Positions 44,788 through 54,691 of a DNA stretch of 64,000 nt are shown here, piece after piece (the first letter of the stretch is position 1; every line of letters starts with the position of its first letter). The position numbers and the translations under genes were made by a program. Origin of the DNA: a virus; IMG/VR virus record IMGVR_UViG_3300042429_001107. One strand, given 5' to 3'. The notes under the pieces were generated by a model, which saw only the letters and a program-made list of their open reading frames with translations, had not been told where the DNA came from and did not search any database.

Positions 44788-45711
44788 ATGGTATACAAAA
44801 ATAATATGGGATATTGTTGTATATGCCTTTCTTTAGATAAGGAAGGTGTTACTACAAATAGAGGAATGGTTAAAAAAACATTTCTTAGAGAAGGATTAAA
44901 GTATGTTTCTGAGCTAGCTTTAAAAAACACTAGCGATTTAATTCGTATAATCAAATTCAATTCTGATAATTCAATAAAAATGTATAGAATAAGTTCTGAT
45001 ATGTTTCCTTGGATGTCTGAATATGAAATAGACGATCTTCCTGATATAAAAGAGATATTAAATAACCTAGAGGAAGCTGGTAGAATAGCAAAAGAAGCTG
45101 GACAAAGACTTAGCTTCCATCCATCACATTTTTGTGTGATTGCTTCACTAAATCCTGAGGTTGTTACAAAATCTGTAAAAGAGCTTAGACAGCATGCAGA
45201 AATTATGGACAAAATGGGATTAGAAAGAAGCTATAAATATCCTATAAATATACACATCAATACAACTAAGCCATCCAAAGAAGAATCTGCTGAAAGATTC
45301 ATAAAAGAATATAATAAATTACCAGATACTGTTAAATCTAGATTAGTACTCGAGAATGATGACAAAAAAAGTCAATTCACACCAACGGATCTTTACACCT
45401 TGATATATAAAAGAATAGGAGTACCTATTACTTATGATTATTTACATCATAAATGTAATCCGGACGAATTATCTGAAATGGAAGCTTTGGAACTTTGTAT
45501 ATCTACTTGGCCAGAAAATATACCAGCTCTAACTCACTTTTCGGATTCGAGAAAGCTTTTTGAAGATTCTAGTGTTAAAGATGTAGCACACTCCGATTGG
45601 ATATGGAGTAAAATAGAAACTTATGGGAAAGTTTTTGATATAGAATTAGAAGTAAAGATGAAAGATCTTGCTCTATTAAAATATTTAGATAAATGGAAGA
45701 ATCAGATTTAA
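44788..45711 (+). CDS. uvsE: UV damage endonuclease
   Basis: MGYCCI, YRISSDMFPW, RLSFHPSHF, RLVLENDDK, DYLHH, AHSDW, ELEVKMKDLA. Confidence 0.92.
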   Translation: MVYKNNMGYCCICLSLDKEGVTTNRGMVKKTFLREGLKYVSELALKNTSDLIRIIKFNSDNSIKMYRISSDMFPWMSEYEIDDLPDIKEILNNLEEAGRIAKEAGQRLSFHPSHFCVIASLNPEVVTKSVKELRQHAEIMDKMGLERSYKYPINIHINTTKPSKEESAERFIKEYNKLPDTVKSRLVLENDDKKSQFTPTDLYTLIYKRIGVPITYDYLHHKCNPDELSEMEALELCISTWPENIPALTHFSDSRKLFEDSSVKDVAHSDWIWSKIETYGKVFDIELEVKMKDLALLKYLDKWKNQI

Positions 45712-45899
45712 CAAACAAAAAATGGATCCCAGAGAATGAGCTTTATTTATTAAGTGTATCTGAAGGGATAATAGAAAATTATCCTAATATAGATCTTGAA
45801 AAAGAACTGAATGATGCAGGATACATTATTGAAGATTTAATACAGCCAGATAGAATTAAAATCTTCATGGAAAGACTCCAGGAAAAATATCCAGATTAA
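45693..45899 (+). CDS. Small hypothetical protein
   Basis: ORF between uvsE and dnaJ. Confidence 0.45.
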   Translation: MEESDLTNKKWIPENELYLLSVSEGIIENYPNIDLEKELNDAGYIIEDLIQPDRIKIFMERLQEKYPD

Positions 45900-45930
45900 T
45901 GGTATTTATTATTGGGATTAAAAAATAGAG

Positions 45931-46989
45931 ATGGAGAATTATTACAATATATTAGGTGTACAAGAAAATTCTGATCAGAACTCGATAAAAAAAGCTTATC
46001 GTGAGATGGCTAAAAAATATCACCCGGATAAAAACAAAGAACCCAACGCTGAAGAAAAATTTAAAAAAATAACCGAGGCATACGAAAATATTGGTGATCC
46101 AGCTAAAAGACAGGAATACGATAGGAAAAGAAGCTTTCAGAATCCTTTCTCTAGCGGATTTGATGATTTTAGTAGATTTAACACCAATTGGAATCACACA
46201 GATCCTTTTGCTGACCATTATTCTCATGGTAGGGGATTTACACCGGAAGCTCCTAAAGGTACTTCATTAAATATAACACTTAAATTAGATTTACAAGATA
46301 TACTTAAAGGTGTTGATAAGAGGATAAAAATCAAGAGAGATAAAAAATGTAATCCCTGTTCAGGAACTGGTTCGGAAAATGGTGCTTCTTTCCAGACATG
46401 TGGTACATGTAAAGGATCGGGATTTATAACAGTAAATAGAATAAATGGATTTGTTCAGATGAATTCAGTTAGCACTTGCGGTTCATGTGGAGGTGTAGGT
46501 AAGGTAGTACTTGAAGTTTGTTTATATTGTTTAGGTAATGGACTAAAATCAGAGGAAGATATTATAGATGTCAACATACCTGCTGGAGCATCAGATGGTA
46601 TGCAATTTGTTGTTTCTGGTAAAGGTAACGAGGGTAAAGGTAACGGTAAAAGCGGGGATCTTTATGTTAAGATTAAAGAAATACCTAATACTGAATTTAT
46701 TAGAAAAGGAGTTGATCTTATCACTAGTAAACAAATAACTTTTATAGAAGCAATATTAGGAACTAATATAGATGTGGAAATGCCTGATGGAGAGAGTGTT
46801 AAAACAGTAGTATCTCCAGGAACTGTACCTGGTACAGTTCTAAGTTTTGCTCAGAAAGGAATTCCTGTTTTAGGATATGGTGGTATTGGTAATTTTCTTG
46901 TTGAATTAAATATAAAAATCCCAGAAAATCTTACGGACGATCAGAAAAAATTCTTAGAAGAATTAAGACAAAACGAAATATTTAATTGA
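45931..46989 (+). CDS. dnaJ: DnaJ chaperone
   Basis: J domain with HPD, four CxxCxGxG repeats, C-terminal domain. Confidence 0.95.
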   Translation: MENYYNILGVQENSDQNSIKKAYREMAKKYHPDKNKEPNAEEKFKKITEAYENIGDPAKRQEYDRKRSFQNPFSSGFDDFSRFNTNWNHTDPFADHYSHGRGFTPEAPKGTSLNITLKLDLQDILKGVDKRIKIKRDKKCNPCSGTGSENGASFQTCGTCKGSGFITVNRINGFVQMNSVSTCGSCGGVGKVVLEVCLYCLGNGLKSEEDIIDVNIPAGASDGMQFVVSGKGNEGKGNGKSGDLYVKIKEIPNTEFIRKGVDLITSKQITFIEAILGTNIDVEMPDGESVKTVVSPGTVPGTVLSFAQKGIPVLGYGGIGNFLVELNIKIPENLTDDQKKFLEELRQNEIFN

Positions 46990-47312
46990 TTATGACTTTT
47001 ATATTTTATATACTTGGTGTTTGGGGACTTACACATATTCTAGTAGCTTCTAAAATTCTTGAGGGATTTAGAAATTGGTTATTAATAAACTCCCCTTTCT
47101 TTGGCGATATGCTTAATTGCTATCAATGTACTTCATTCTGGGCATCAATGATTTTATACTTCTTTTTTGATAATTTAAGGCTAGAAACTATAGATTTTAT
47201 TATAAAAGGTTATAGAATAAGCCCCGATTTTTTATTGTATTCTTTTATTGGGTCTGGTATAGTTTCTTTTATTGCTGTCATATTATCTCTATTGATAAAA
47301 AGATCCAAATAA
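46986..47312 (+). CDS. Small membrane protein (DUF1360-like)
   Basis: Hydrophobic helices; MLNCYQCTSFW motif. Confidence 0.6.
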   Translation: MIMTFIFYILGVWGLTHILVASKILEGFRNWLLINSPFFGDMLNCYQCTSFWASMILYFFFDNLRLETIDFIIKGYRISPDFLLYSFIGSGIVSFIAVILSLLIKRSK

Positions 47313-47327
47313 TTGGATATATAGATT

Positions 47328-48821
47328 ATGGACAAAAAATTATTTACGTTTAAACAATTTATAAACGAGCAAGACGATGCAATACCATCGAGTGCAACTG
47401 GATCACCAGATACAGGAAAACCTGAGACTGAAAGAGAAGCAAAATCCAGAATTGCAACGGGTATAATCAAAGGTCTATTTGGTGAAAATGTTGGACTTAC
47501 TGGAGGTGTGGATTCTTTTATAGACCAAACCAAGGAAGTTAAAGAATCTTTACCGTATAGAGGATGTGGTGCTAGCGAGCCTTATAAATTAGAGAAAAAT
47601 CCTCTTTCTGTAATGACTATTAAAATACTTCTTAATTATCTTCAGGAAAAAAAAGTGGGAGATTATAGTAGAATTATAACAGAATTGAATGAGAAAAGAG
47701 CAGTAATAATAGGAATAAGAAATAAGCTTGAAATAAAGAAGGAGACATCAAATCAGGATAGATTCACGGATGCTCTTTATTTTATTCCTGGTAATGCTAA
47801 AGATGGATCTGATGTTGTGAGTGCCACTGGACCTACCGGACCTACTGGATCTACTGGACCTGCACCAGTTAAAGAAACACCTGTTAAAGATAAATCTGTA
47901 TTTGATAGAATAAAGGACAAAAAGAATGAATCTATGGAAGATAGATTAAATTCTATTAACTACGTGATTGAATCTGGTGTTTTTACTTTCGAAGAATATT
48001 ATTCATTGAACGAAGAAAAGAATCAAATATTATCAATTCTAAACGAGGACGATGACGACAATCCAAGTAGTTGGTTTGCCCCTGGTGCTTTTAAAAGAAG
48101 AATTGAAAAGGCTAAAAAAGATGCAGAGGATGCTAAAAACAAAAATAATCCTACGGGACCAATTGTACCAACTGGACCAACTGGACCAACTGGACCAATA
48201 CCACCAGCAAGTCTTGGAGATAAAATAACTCCATATCAAATAACAACTGTACCTAGTTTAGCATACTACGGAAAGAAACCAATGAATCCTAAAGGTGTTG
48301 GTGTTAAACTTCCAGGAGATACCCTATACATTCTTAAAGAAAGCTCCTTAGGTAGTGGCAATAAATATAAAATGATGGTAGAGGGTGAACCAATTAAAGT
48401 TGGAAGATACCCTATCGGAGTAACTAAATTTGAAAGTTACAAACCAGCTGAGGTTTACACTGAATCTTGTGGAATGCAAATACACAGGTCGTCTACGAAA
48501 GGTGTTGGTATTTGTGTGGGACCTTGGTCAGCAGGATGTCAAGTATTTGCTGACAATCAAGAATGGCAGGATTTCATATCTAAAGCTGAGAAAGAACAGA
48601 TGAATGCTACTAAATTTTATTACGCATTAATACAATTAGATGATATTCCAAAAGAGGTTATGGACGATGCAATGAAAGGCCTTGTTTATCAAGGATCTGT
48701 AGATCTTGCTTCAACAAACCCTACTGGAAGTACTGGAAGTACTGGAACTACCGGATCTACGGGAACTACAGGAGCTAATAAAAAAGCAAGAGTACTTACT
48801 AACTTCGATAATATCTCTTAA
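47328..48821 (+). CDS. L,D-transpeptidase (YkuD)-like cell-wall enzyme with targeting-like N-terminus
   Basis: IIGIRN, ITTVPS, GMQIHRS-x-WSAGCQVF (H-x14-S-x-G-C); MDKKLFTFKQFINEQ; GATATATA at 47316-47323. Confidence 0.6.
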   Translation: MDKKLFTFKQFINEQDDAIPSSATGSPDTGKPETEREAKSRIATGIIKGLFGENVGLTGGVDSFIDQTKEVKESLPYRGCGASEPYKLEKNPLSVMTIKILLNYLQEKKVGDYSRIITELNEKRAVIIGIRNKLEIKKETSNQDRFTDALYFIPGNAKDGSDVVSATGPTGPTGSTGPAPVKETPVKDKSVFDRIKDKKNESMEDRLNSINYVIESGVFTFEEYYSLNEEKNQILSILNEDDDDNPSSWFAPGAFKRRIEKAKKDAEDAKNKNNPTGPIVPTGPTGPTGPIPPASLGDKITPYQITTVPSLAYYGKKPMNPKGVGVKLPGDTLYILKESSLGSGNKYKMMVEGEPIKVGRYPIGVTKFESYKPAEVYTESCGMQIHRSSTKGVGICVGPWSAGCQVFADNQEWQDFISKAEKEQMNATKFYYALIQLDDIPKEVMDDAMKGLVYQGSVDLASTNPTGSTGSTGTTGSTGTTGANKKARVLTNFDNIS

Positions 48822-48823
48822 TA

Positions 48824-48852
48824 GAAACTTTATTCTATTCCACTGATAAAAT
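48824..48852 (+). promoter_or_regulatory. Middle-type promoter GAAAC-N18-TAAAAT
   Basis: Upstream of the topoisomerase / clamp / pol C-half operon. Confidence 0.65.
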
Positions 48853-48870
48853 AATAAAATAATTTATTTA

Positions 48871-50280
48871 GTGGAGAATAGAATAACGATCTCGGATCAA
48901 ATCAATGTTGACTATAGAAAGTATGCCTTGTATGTTATACAGAGTAGAGGTATACCTAATTTTTATGATGCTTTAACTCCTGTTCAGAGACTAATTCTAC
49001 AGAATTCTCCCAGTATTTTTAAGAAGACTGTTGGTGTAATTGGTGAGGTTTTTAGTACTGGCCTTTATCATCATGGGGATTCTTCAATGGCTCAGGCCAT
49101 ATCAAAATTAGCTAGACCATTTTCGTGTGCAGAACAGATACTATTAGGTGATGGATTCTTCGGAACCCCTGTTAATCCTTCACCATCTGCTCCAAGATAT
49201 ACGCAAGTAAAAATTTCTAGTAAGTACAAAGAAATAATTGAAAAGTATAAAGATCTAAATGTACCTAATGAAGAAGGCGGGTATGATTGGATACATGTTG
49301 ATTACCCTATTGGTTTATCAACTCACATTGTAGGTATTGCAGTAGGATATAAATCTAATATATTACCAAGAAAACCTGATGATGTTGTTGCATATTTAGA
49401 AGGCAACAGAACAAAGAAGCTAAAGCCTTATTTTAAAGGATTTAAAGGAAATGTATCTAAAATGGATGGACTTAAATCCTCATGGCTTATTGAAGGAGAC
49501 GTTGAGATCGACTTAGCTACAAGGACTTTTAAAATCAATTCAATATCTCCATTACAAAGATATGAATCATTTTTTATAAGACTCAATTCTTTATTAGAAA
49601 GAAAAGGCCTAAATTATAAAATGGATAATTTTTCCACTGATAATGTTAAGATAAGTATCAAATTCAGATGTACAGATCAGGAATTTAAAGATATGTCAGT
49701 CCTTTTAGCAAAAGAAACTAAGCAAATTGTCACAGAAAATATTGTATTTGTTAGAGATGGAAATGTTTTAGAGTATGATTTTATAGAGGATTACTTAGAT
49801 GAATTTATTTTACAGAAAGAAAAAACAATACTTAAAAGATATGAAAGAGATCTTGTGTATCTTAATGATGAACTAGAATATCTTGAAGCAAAATTAAAAT
49901 TCCTATTGTTCATGTCTGATAAGAAAAGGGCATCTGACGAAGTTATGGGATTTTTATCTAAGTATAGAAGAGAAATATCAAGGAGATTAGAATCAATATC
50001 ATTGATTAAATTGAATAAGGAGGAAATTATTAAGACTTCTGTGGAAATTAATTCAATAAAGGATGATATAAAGAATAAGAATCAAGAGATTAAAGATCAG
50101 AAAATTAAACTTAAATTAGCTGAAAAATTAAATTCGACTTTATCTAAAAAGAGTTCTAAAGCAACTTCATTACTAGGAGAAGTTAAGGAGGAATTTCACG
50201 AAGGTATAAGATTTTTTGATCCTGAAGATGATATAGAAGAACAAGAAGAAGAAACAAAATTAAATATAGAAAATGACTAA
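48871..50280 (+). CDS. Type IIA topoisomerase breakage-reunion subunit (GyrA/ParC, T4 gp52-like)
   Basis: YALYVIQSRGIP, DALTPVQR, YHHGDSS, SAPRYT (catalytic Tyr), GIAVGY. Confidence 0.9.
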   Translation: MENRITISDQINVDYRKYALYVIQSRGIPNFYDALTPVQRLILQNSPSIFKKTVGVIGEVFSTGLYHHGDSSMAQAISKLARPFSCAEQILLGDGFFGTPVNPSPSAPRYTQVKISSKYKEIIEKYKDLNVPNEEGGYDWIHVDYPIGLSTHIVGIAVGYKSNILPRKPDDVVAYLEGNRTKKLKPYFKGFKGNVSKMDGLKSSWLIEGDVEIDLATRTFKINSISPLQRYESFFIRLNSLLERKGLNYKMDNFSTDNVKISIKFRCTDQEFKDMSVLLAKETKQIVTENIVFVRDGNVLEYDFIEDYLDEFILQKEKTILKRYERDLVYLNDELEYLEAKLKFLLFMSDKKRASDEVMGFLSKYRREISRRLESISLIKLNKEEIIKTSVEINSIKDDIKNKNQEIKDQKIKLKLAEKLNSTLSKKSSKATSLLGEVKEEFHEGIRFFDPEDDIEEQEEETKLNIEND

Positions 50281-51040
50281 GAAAAATCAAATTTGGAATT
50301 TTAGAATCTCTAACCCTAATAATTTTATTGCTTTCCTTAAGAAGCTAAAACTTGTAGACAAGAGTGTACCTTTAGAAATTGAGGGAAGTAATTTATTTGC
50401 AAAAGTTAGAACACCTGATAAATCAGTAATTAAATTTGTAAGTGTAGATGTTAACGATATTCTTGAAGGCGATTTTCCTTCCACAAGATTAAAGATCGGA
50501 ATTCTGGAAATAGGTAAATTGATTGATGTTTTTAAATACTTTGGACCAGAGGAAGAACTAAATCTTATAATAGATTCACAAGAATATGAAGGCGGATTAA
50601 TAGCTACTGGTCTTAAATTCTCGTCTTCTTCATTAAACATTTTTATTAAATGTGCAGATATTAGTTTACTTGCATATATTGATGATAATATACAAAGACA
50701 GATTCATTCCACCGAAGGATCGGAAGTTAATTTTGAAATCACAAGAGAGAACTTCCAAAAGGTAGCTTCTTTAACTGGAATAGAAACGAACTCTGAAGAA
50801 CTTCTTAATTTTGATATTGAAGAAAATGGGGTTATCATTAGAGGAAATTCATTCCAATATAATTTAATTAAAGGTAGAACTGCAAACGGATTTGAAAGTC
50901 CTAGCGTATATACAATCTATAAAAATCAATTCTCTTATATCGACCAAGAAGCATCAGAGATTCACTTTCACGAAAATAGAATCTTAGTAAAGTCAATTGA
51001 GTCAGATTCAATAATTGCAATAGGTTTAGTAGAGGTATAA
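50273..51040 (+). CDS. DNA polymerase sliding clamp (gp45-like)
   Basis: 255 aa alternating beta/alpha pattern, IGILEIGKLI motif, immediately upstream of the pol C-half. Confidence 0.6.
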   Translation: MTKKNQIWNFRISNPNNFIAFLKKLKLVDKSVPLEIEGSNLFAKVRTPDKSVIKFVSVDVNDILEGDFPSTRLKIGILEIGKLIDVFKYFGPEEELNLIIDSQEYEGGLIATGLKFSSSSLNIFIKCADISLLAYIDDNIQRQIHSTEGSEVNFEITRENFQKVASLTGIETNSEELLNFDIEENGVIIRGNSFQYNLIKGRTANGFESPSVYTIYKNQFSYIDQEASEIHFHENRILVKSIESDSIIAIGLVEV

Positions 51041-51041
51041 T

Positions 51042-52217
51042 ATGGAAGAAATAGATTACATGTCAATGAGCTTAGAAGAGCTCAATCAAAAACTTTCGGA
51101 GTATCAAAAAAAATCTTCGGATTTCTATAATACTGAACAAGGTATTAAGCTAACACTTAACAGTATATACGGAGCGACTGGGAATCAGTATTTTGCTTTG
51201 TTCAATACAGATGTTGCAGAGAGTGTTACATTACAAGGCCAGGACATTTGGAAATTTGCTGAGAAGATAATAAACAGGTATTTCAATGATATGTGGCATC
51301 TTGATACGGAGCTTCACGAAAAAATGGGAGTTCGTAATGTCAGAAAAATAACATTAGACTTTATTATATACGGAGATACAGATTCCAATTATATCAATCT
51401 AGGAGCTGTTATGGATTCTTGTGAATTTGATTCAGATCTAGAACCATTTGAATTTGTAAAAAGACTTAATGAATTTAGACTTAAAGAATACATTAAGAAA
51501 TGCTATGACATCTATTCTGAAAAATGGGGCACAGATAACTATCAGGATTTTGAGCTAGAGAGTTTATCATATGCTGGTATATTCTTGGGTAAAAAGAAAT
51601 ATGTATTACATATAGCTTGGCAGGATCCTAATAAGGATTTATTTCCTAGGCTTTCTAAAGTTAAATCGACTGGTATCGAATTAGCTCAAGGTGGTACTGC
51701 TCCTTTCGCTAGAGAGAAACTTACGTTCTTATTACAGCATATTTTCGAGAAAGGTAAAGCTTTTGATATTAGAGAATTTGTAAAGATCCTTAAGAATATA
51801 AAATCGGAATTTAAGGTACAAAGCCCAGATCAAATATCTGTAGGAACTTCTGTTAATAATATAGAGAAATTCATTGTAAACGACACAACAAAATTCGAAG
51901 TTGCAAAAGGATGTCCAATGCACGTAAGAGCAGCAGGATATCACAACTATCTTCTTAATAATTCCAAGCATAAAGTTAAATACAGCTTAATCAGATCATC
52001 TGAGAAGATTAAGTACTATTATGTTAAGGTAAACAACGAGAGAGAGAATAATGTATTTGGATATCTTAACGGAGCTTATCCCTATGAGCTAGCTCCCCCC
52101 GTAGATTTTGACGAACAATTCAATCGAGTAATTTTAGATCCAATAAATAGATTCATTGAAGCTATGGGATACTCTCCTTTATCACCCAACCTACTTCTTG
52201 TAAGAGCTTTGTTTTAA
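51042..52217 (+). CDS. Family B DNA polymerase, C-terminal part (motifs B, C, thumb)
   Basis: KLTLNSIYG, VTLQGQ, YGDTDS, KKKY, GCPMHVRAA. Confidence 0.9.
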   Translation: MEEIDYMSMSLEELNQKLSEYQKKSSDFYNTEQGIKLTLNSIYGATGNQYFALFNTDVAESVTLQGQDIWKFAEKIINRYFNDMWHLDTELHEKMGVRNVRKITLDFIIYGDTDSNYINLGAVMDSCEFDSDLEPFEFVKRLNEFRLKEYIKKCYDIYSEKWGTDNYQDFELESLSYAGIFLGKKKYVLHIAWQDPNKDLFPRLSKVKSTGIELAQGGTAPFAREKLTFLLQHIFEKGKAFDIREFVKILKNIKSEFKVQSPDQISVGTSVNNIEKFIVNDTTKFEVAKGCPMHVRAAGYHNYLLNNSKHKVKYSLIRSSEKIKYYYVKVNNERENNVFGYLNGAYPYELAPPVDFDEQFNRVILDPINRFIEAMGYSPLSPNLLLVRALF

Positions 52218-52257
52218 TTTATTTTTTTGGATATATAAAAGGATCTAAAAAAATTAA

Positions 52258-53757
52258 ATGAAAAATAGTAGAATAAAAAACTTCAATGATTTTGTTAATG
52301 AATCTTACAATCCGGAGCTTAACGAAGGTTTCTTTTCCAGTATAGCTAATCTTATAAAAAAAGTTGGTGGCTGGGCAGGAGAAATGATCAAAGCAATAGG
52401 ACAGGGTTTAATTAAACCAATACCTTCTGGACCAATGAAAGGTATGCCTGTAGCAATGTTATTCTTACCTGAAAATGGGCCTATCTATCAGCAAATGTTG
52501 AAATATCAGCAAGGGATTAATCCTATAATGGAAGCAAGAATACCTTTAGAATACACAGGTGAAGACCAGAGTGTTAGAAACATTTCAGCTGAGCAATTAA
52601 AGAATGACGTAGTTAAATTATATAGGAGTAAAGACAGAGGGGGAAGAGCTAAACCCATCTTTATTTATGGAGCACCTGGTATTGGTAAGACTGAAATAGT
52701 CGGACAAGCAGCAGATGAGCTTGGTGTACCTGTTATGAAGTTGGATCTTCAATTTATGAATCCGGAAGATTTCTTAGGAATACCTAGTAGACATGATATA
52801 ACTCCTGTTGAGGTCGAAGACGGTAAAGTTACTAATTTTGGTAAAGGATTCACTAGAGCAAATCCCCCTGCATTATTACCACCAGATAATGGTAAAGATA
52901 ATAGAGGTGGTATCATATTTATGGATGAGATGAACAGAGCTAATAAAGCAGTTCTAAACTCTATCATGCAATTCGTACAAAAAGGAGAAGTTGGGCCTTA
53001 CAAATTACCAGACAAATGGGTTATTGTTGCAGCGGGTAACAGACCAGAAGAAGCGGAAGGCGTAGCAGATTTTGACTTTGCACTTGCTGACCGTTTCACT
53101 ATTAAGAACTATGTTCCTACAATTGAAGGATATGCTTCATGGGCAGATAAGAACGAAAAAATTCTGCCTGAACTTGTAACATTCTTAACATTTAATCAGG
53201 AGTATTTCCACAATTTAGATGCTGATAAAAAATCATTAAACTACCCAACACCTAGATCCTGGACAGATGGAGCTTTAATTCTTCATGATGAGATAACAGA
53301 TCAAAGAGTTAATACTTGGAGAGATATACCTAGAGAAGAAATTCTTAACATTTTCTATGATCAAGTTGGGCCTCAAGCAGCTGGTAAATTTGTTGCTTAT
53401 CTTGATATACTTAGAAAAGTTAGTGATACAGAGATGGATAATATGATTAACAATCCTGCATCTGCTAAGATGGTTGCTGAAGCACAAGCACCAGGAGGTA
53501 AAAGTATCCTTTATGGGCTTATTGAAATGGTGATGAAAAGAGTAGATTCTTATTCTCCGCAAAGTCTTTATAATGTAATGGAGTACTTTAATAGATATAA
53601 CGAATTAGAACCTCTTAGCTGGCTGTATAAAGATATTCTAGTAAGATACCCAGATTTTAGATTTGGAGGTTCATCATCTACACCAGAAGATGAATTAAAA
53701 CACAAAGCAGCTTTACTAGTAACTGGAGGAGCTAAAAGTAAAGGACTTCAACAATGA
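52258..53757 (+). CDS. MoxR-like AAA+ ATPase, module 2
   Basis: GAPGIGKT, IFMDEMNR, AAGNR, LADRF, PTPRSW; GATATATA at 52230-52237. Confidence 0.85.
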   Translation: MKNSRIKNFNDFVNESYNPELNEGFFSSIANLIKKVGGWAGEMIKAIGQGLIKPIPSGPMKGMPVAMLFLPENGPIYQQMLKYQQGINPIMEARIPLEYTGEDQSVRNISAEQLKNDVVKLYRSKDRGGRAKPIFIYGAPGIGKTEIVGQAADELGVPVMKLDLQFMNPEDFLGIPSRHDITPVEVEDGKVTNFGKGFTRANPPALLPPDNGKDNRGGIIFMDEMNRANKAVLNSIMQFVQKGEVGPYKLPDKWVIVAAGNRPEEAEGVADFDFALADRFTIKNYVPTIEGYASWADKNEKILPELVTFLTFNQEYFHNLDADKKSLNYPTPRSWTDGALILHDEITDQRVNTWRDIPREEILNIFYDQVGPQAAGKFVAYLDILRKVSDTEMDNMINNPASAKMVAEAQAPGGKSILYGLIEMVMKRVDSYSPQSLYNVMEYFNRYNELEPLSWLYKDILVRYPDFRFGGSSSTPEDELKHKAALLVTGGAKSKGLQQ

Positions 53758-54686
53758 TAAGAAAATTAAACGAGAATAAATATAAAACTGGCAAGATAAT
53801 TACTAGTTTTTCTAATTATGTAAGGTTTATAAATGAATCCTATTCTTTTGATCCTGAAGAGGTTAATAGGAAAATTAAAAGAGTAATTCTATGGATAAAC
53901 ATCAATCAAGGATTCTACGGTGAATTACTAAGCCACGTAAATATATTCGGATCATCTAATATTGATCCTAAGACTATGTGCACAAACGGTAGGGATATTA
54001 TATTCCATCCCGAATTTGTAATGAATCAGACAGAAGCAGCATTAAGGTTTGTTCTATGTCACGAAATTCTTCATTGTATAGGAGATCATGGTAAAAGAAG
54101 AGAAAATAGGAATCCCCAAGGATGGAATATAGCTTGCGATTATGCTATAAATCCTCTACTCCAGGGAGAGACAGGATTCGAATGGCCAGTATCAGAGGAC
54201 GGATCTAGAGCAGGTTTATATGATGCTAGATTTGAAGGAATGAGAGCGGAAGATATTTATCAACAATTAGAAGATGAAGGTGCTCTTAATAAACTTATTA
54301 ATGATCCTAATGTTAAAAAACAAACAGATACTGGTAGGGTAGAAGACGAGGATAAAGAACAACCAGAGCCTGACTCTGATCTGGTTATACAAGAAGGTGA
54401 TTTCCCTCAAGAGGATGAACCTGGAGATGAGCCTGGTGATGAGCCCGGAGATGAACCTGGTGATGAACCTGGAGAACCTGGTGACGAGCCTGGAGAACCT
54501 GGTGACGAGCCTGGAGAACCTGGTGATGAGCCTGGAGAACCTGGTGATGAGCCTGGAGAACCTGGTGATGAGCCTGGAGATAATAAAAAACAATTACCTA
54601 GAGTTGGACAGAAAGTTATAACAAAAGAAGGAAAAGAAGGAACTATAACCAAAGTTTATCCTAATGGGGATATAGAAATTAGTTAA
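53754..54686 (+). CDS. Putative zincin metallopeptidase (DUF2201_N-like), module 2
   Basis: GFYGELL, TMCTNG, CHEILHC, WNIACDYAIN; (EPGD)n linker; C-terminal KOW-like segment. Confidence 0.8.
   Translation: MIRKLNENKYKTGKIITSFSNYVRFINESYSFDPEEVNRKIKRVILWININQGFYGELLSHVNIFGSSNIDPKTMCTNGRDIIFHPEFVMNQTEAALRFVLCHEILHCIGDHGKRRENRNPQGWNIACDYAINPLLQGETGFEWPVSEDGSRAGLYDARFEGMRAEDIYQQLEDEGALNKLINDPNVKKQTDTGRVEDEDKEQPEPDSDLVIQEGDFPQEDEPGDEPGDEPGDEPGDEPGEPGDEPGEPGDEPGEPGDEPGEPGDEPGEPGDEPGDNKKQLPRVGQKVITKEGKEGTITKVYPNGDIEIS
54414..54581 (+). repeat. 12-bp and 21-bp tandem repeats encoding DEPG / EPGDEPG
   Basis: GATGAGCCTGGAGAACCTGGT units directly visible. Confidence 0.9.
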
Positions 54687-54691
54687 ATTAT

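Noticed and set aside
54267-54652. Overlapping ORFs 54267-54593 (-), 54397-54621 (+), 54407-54652 (-)
   Set aside because: Alternative frames of the EPGD tandem repeat
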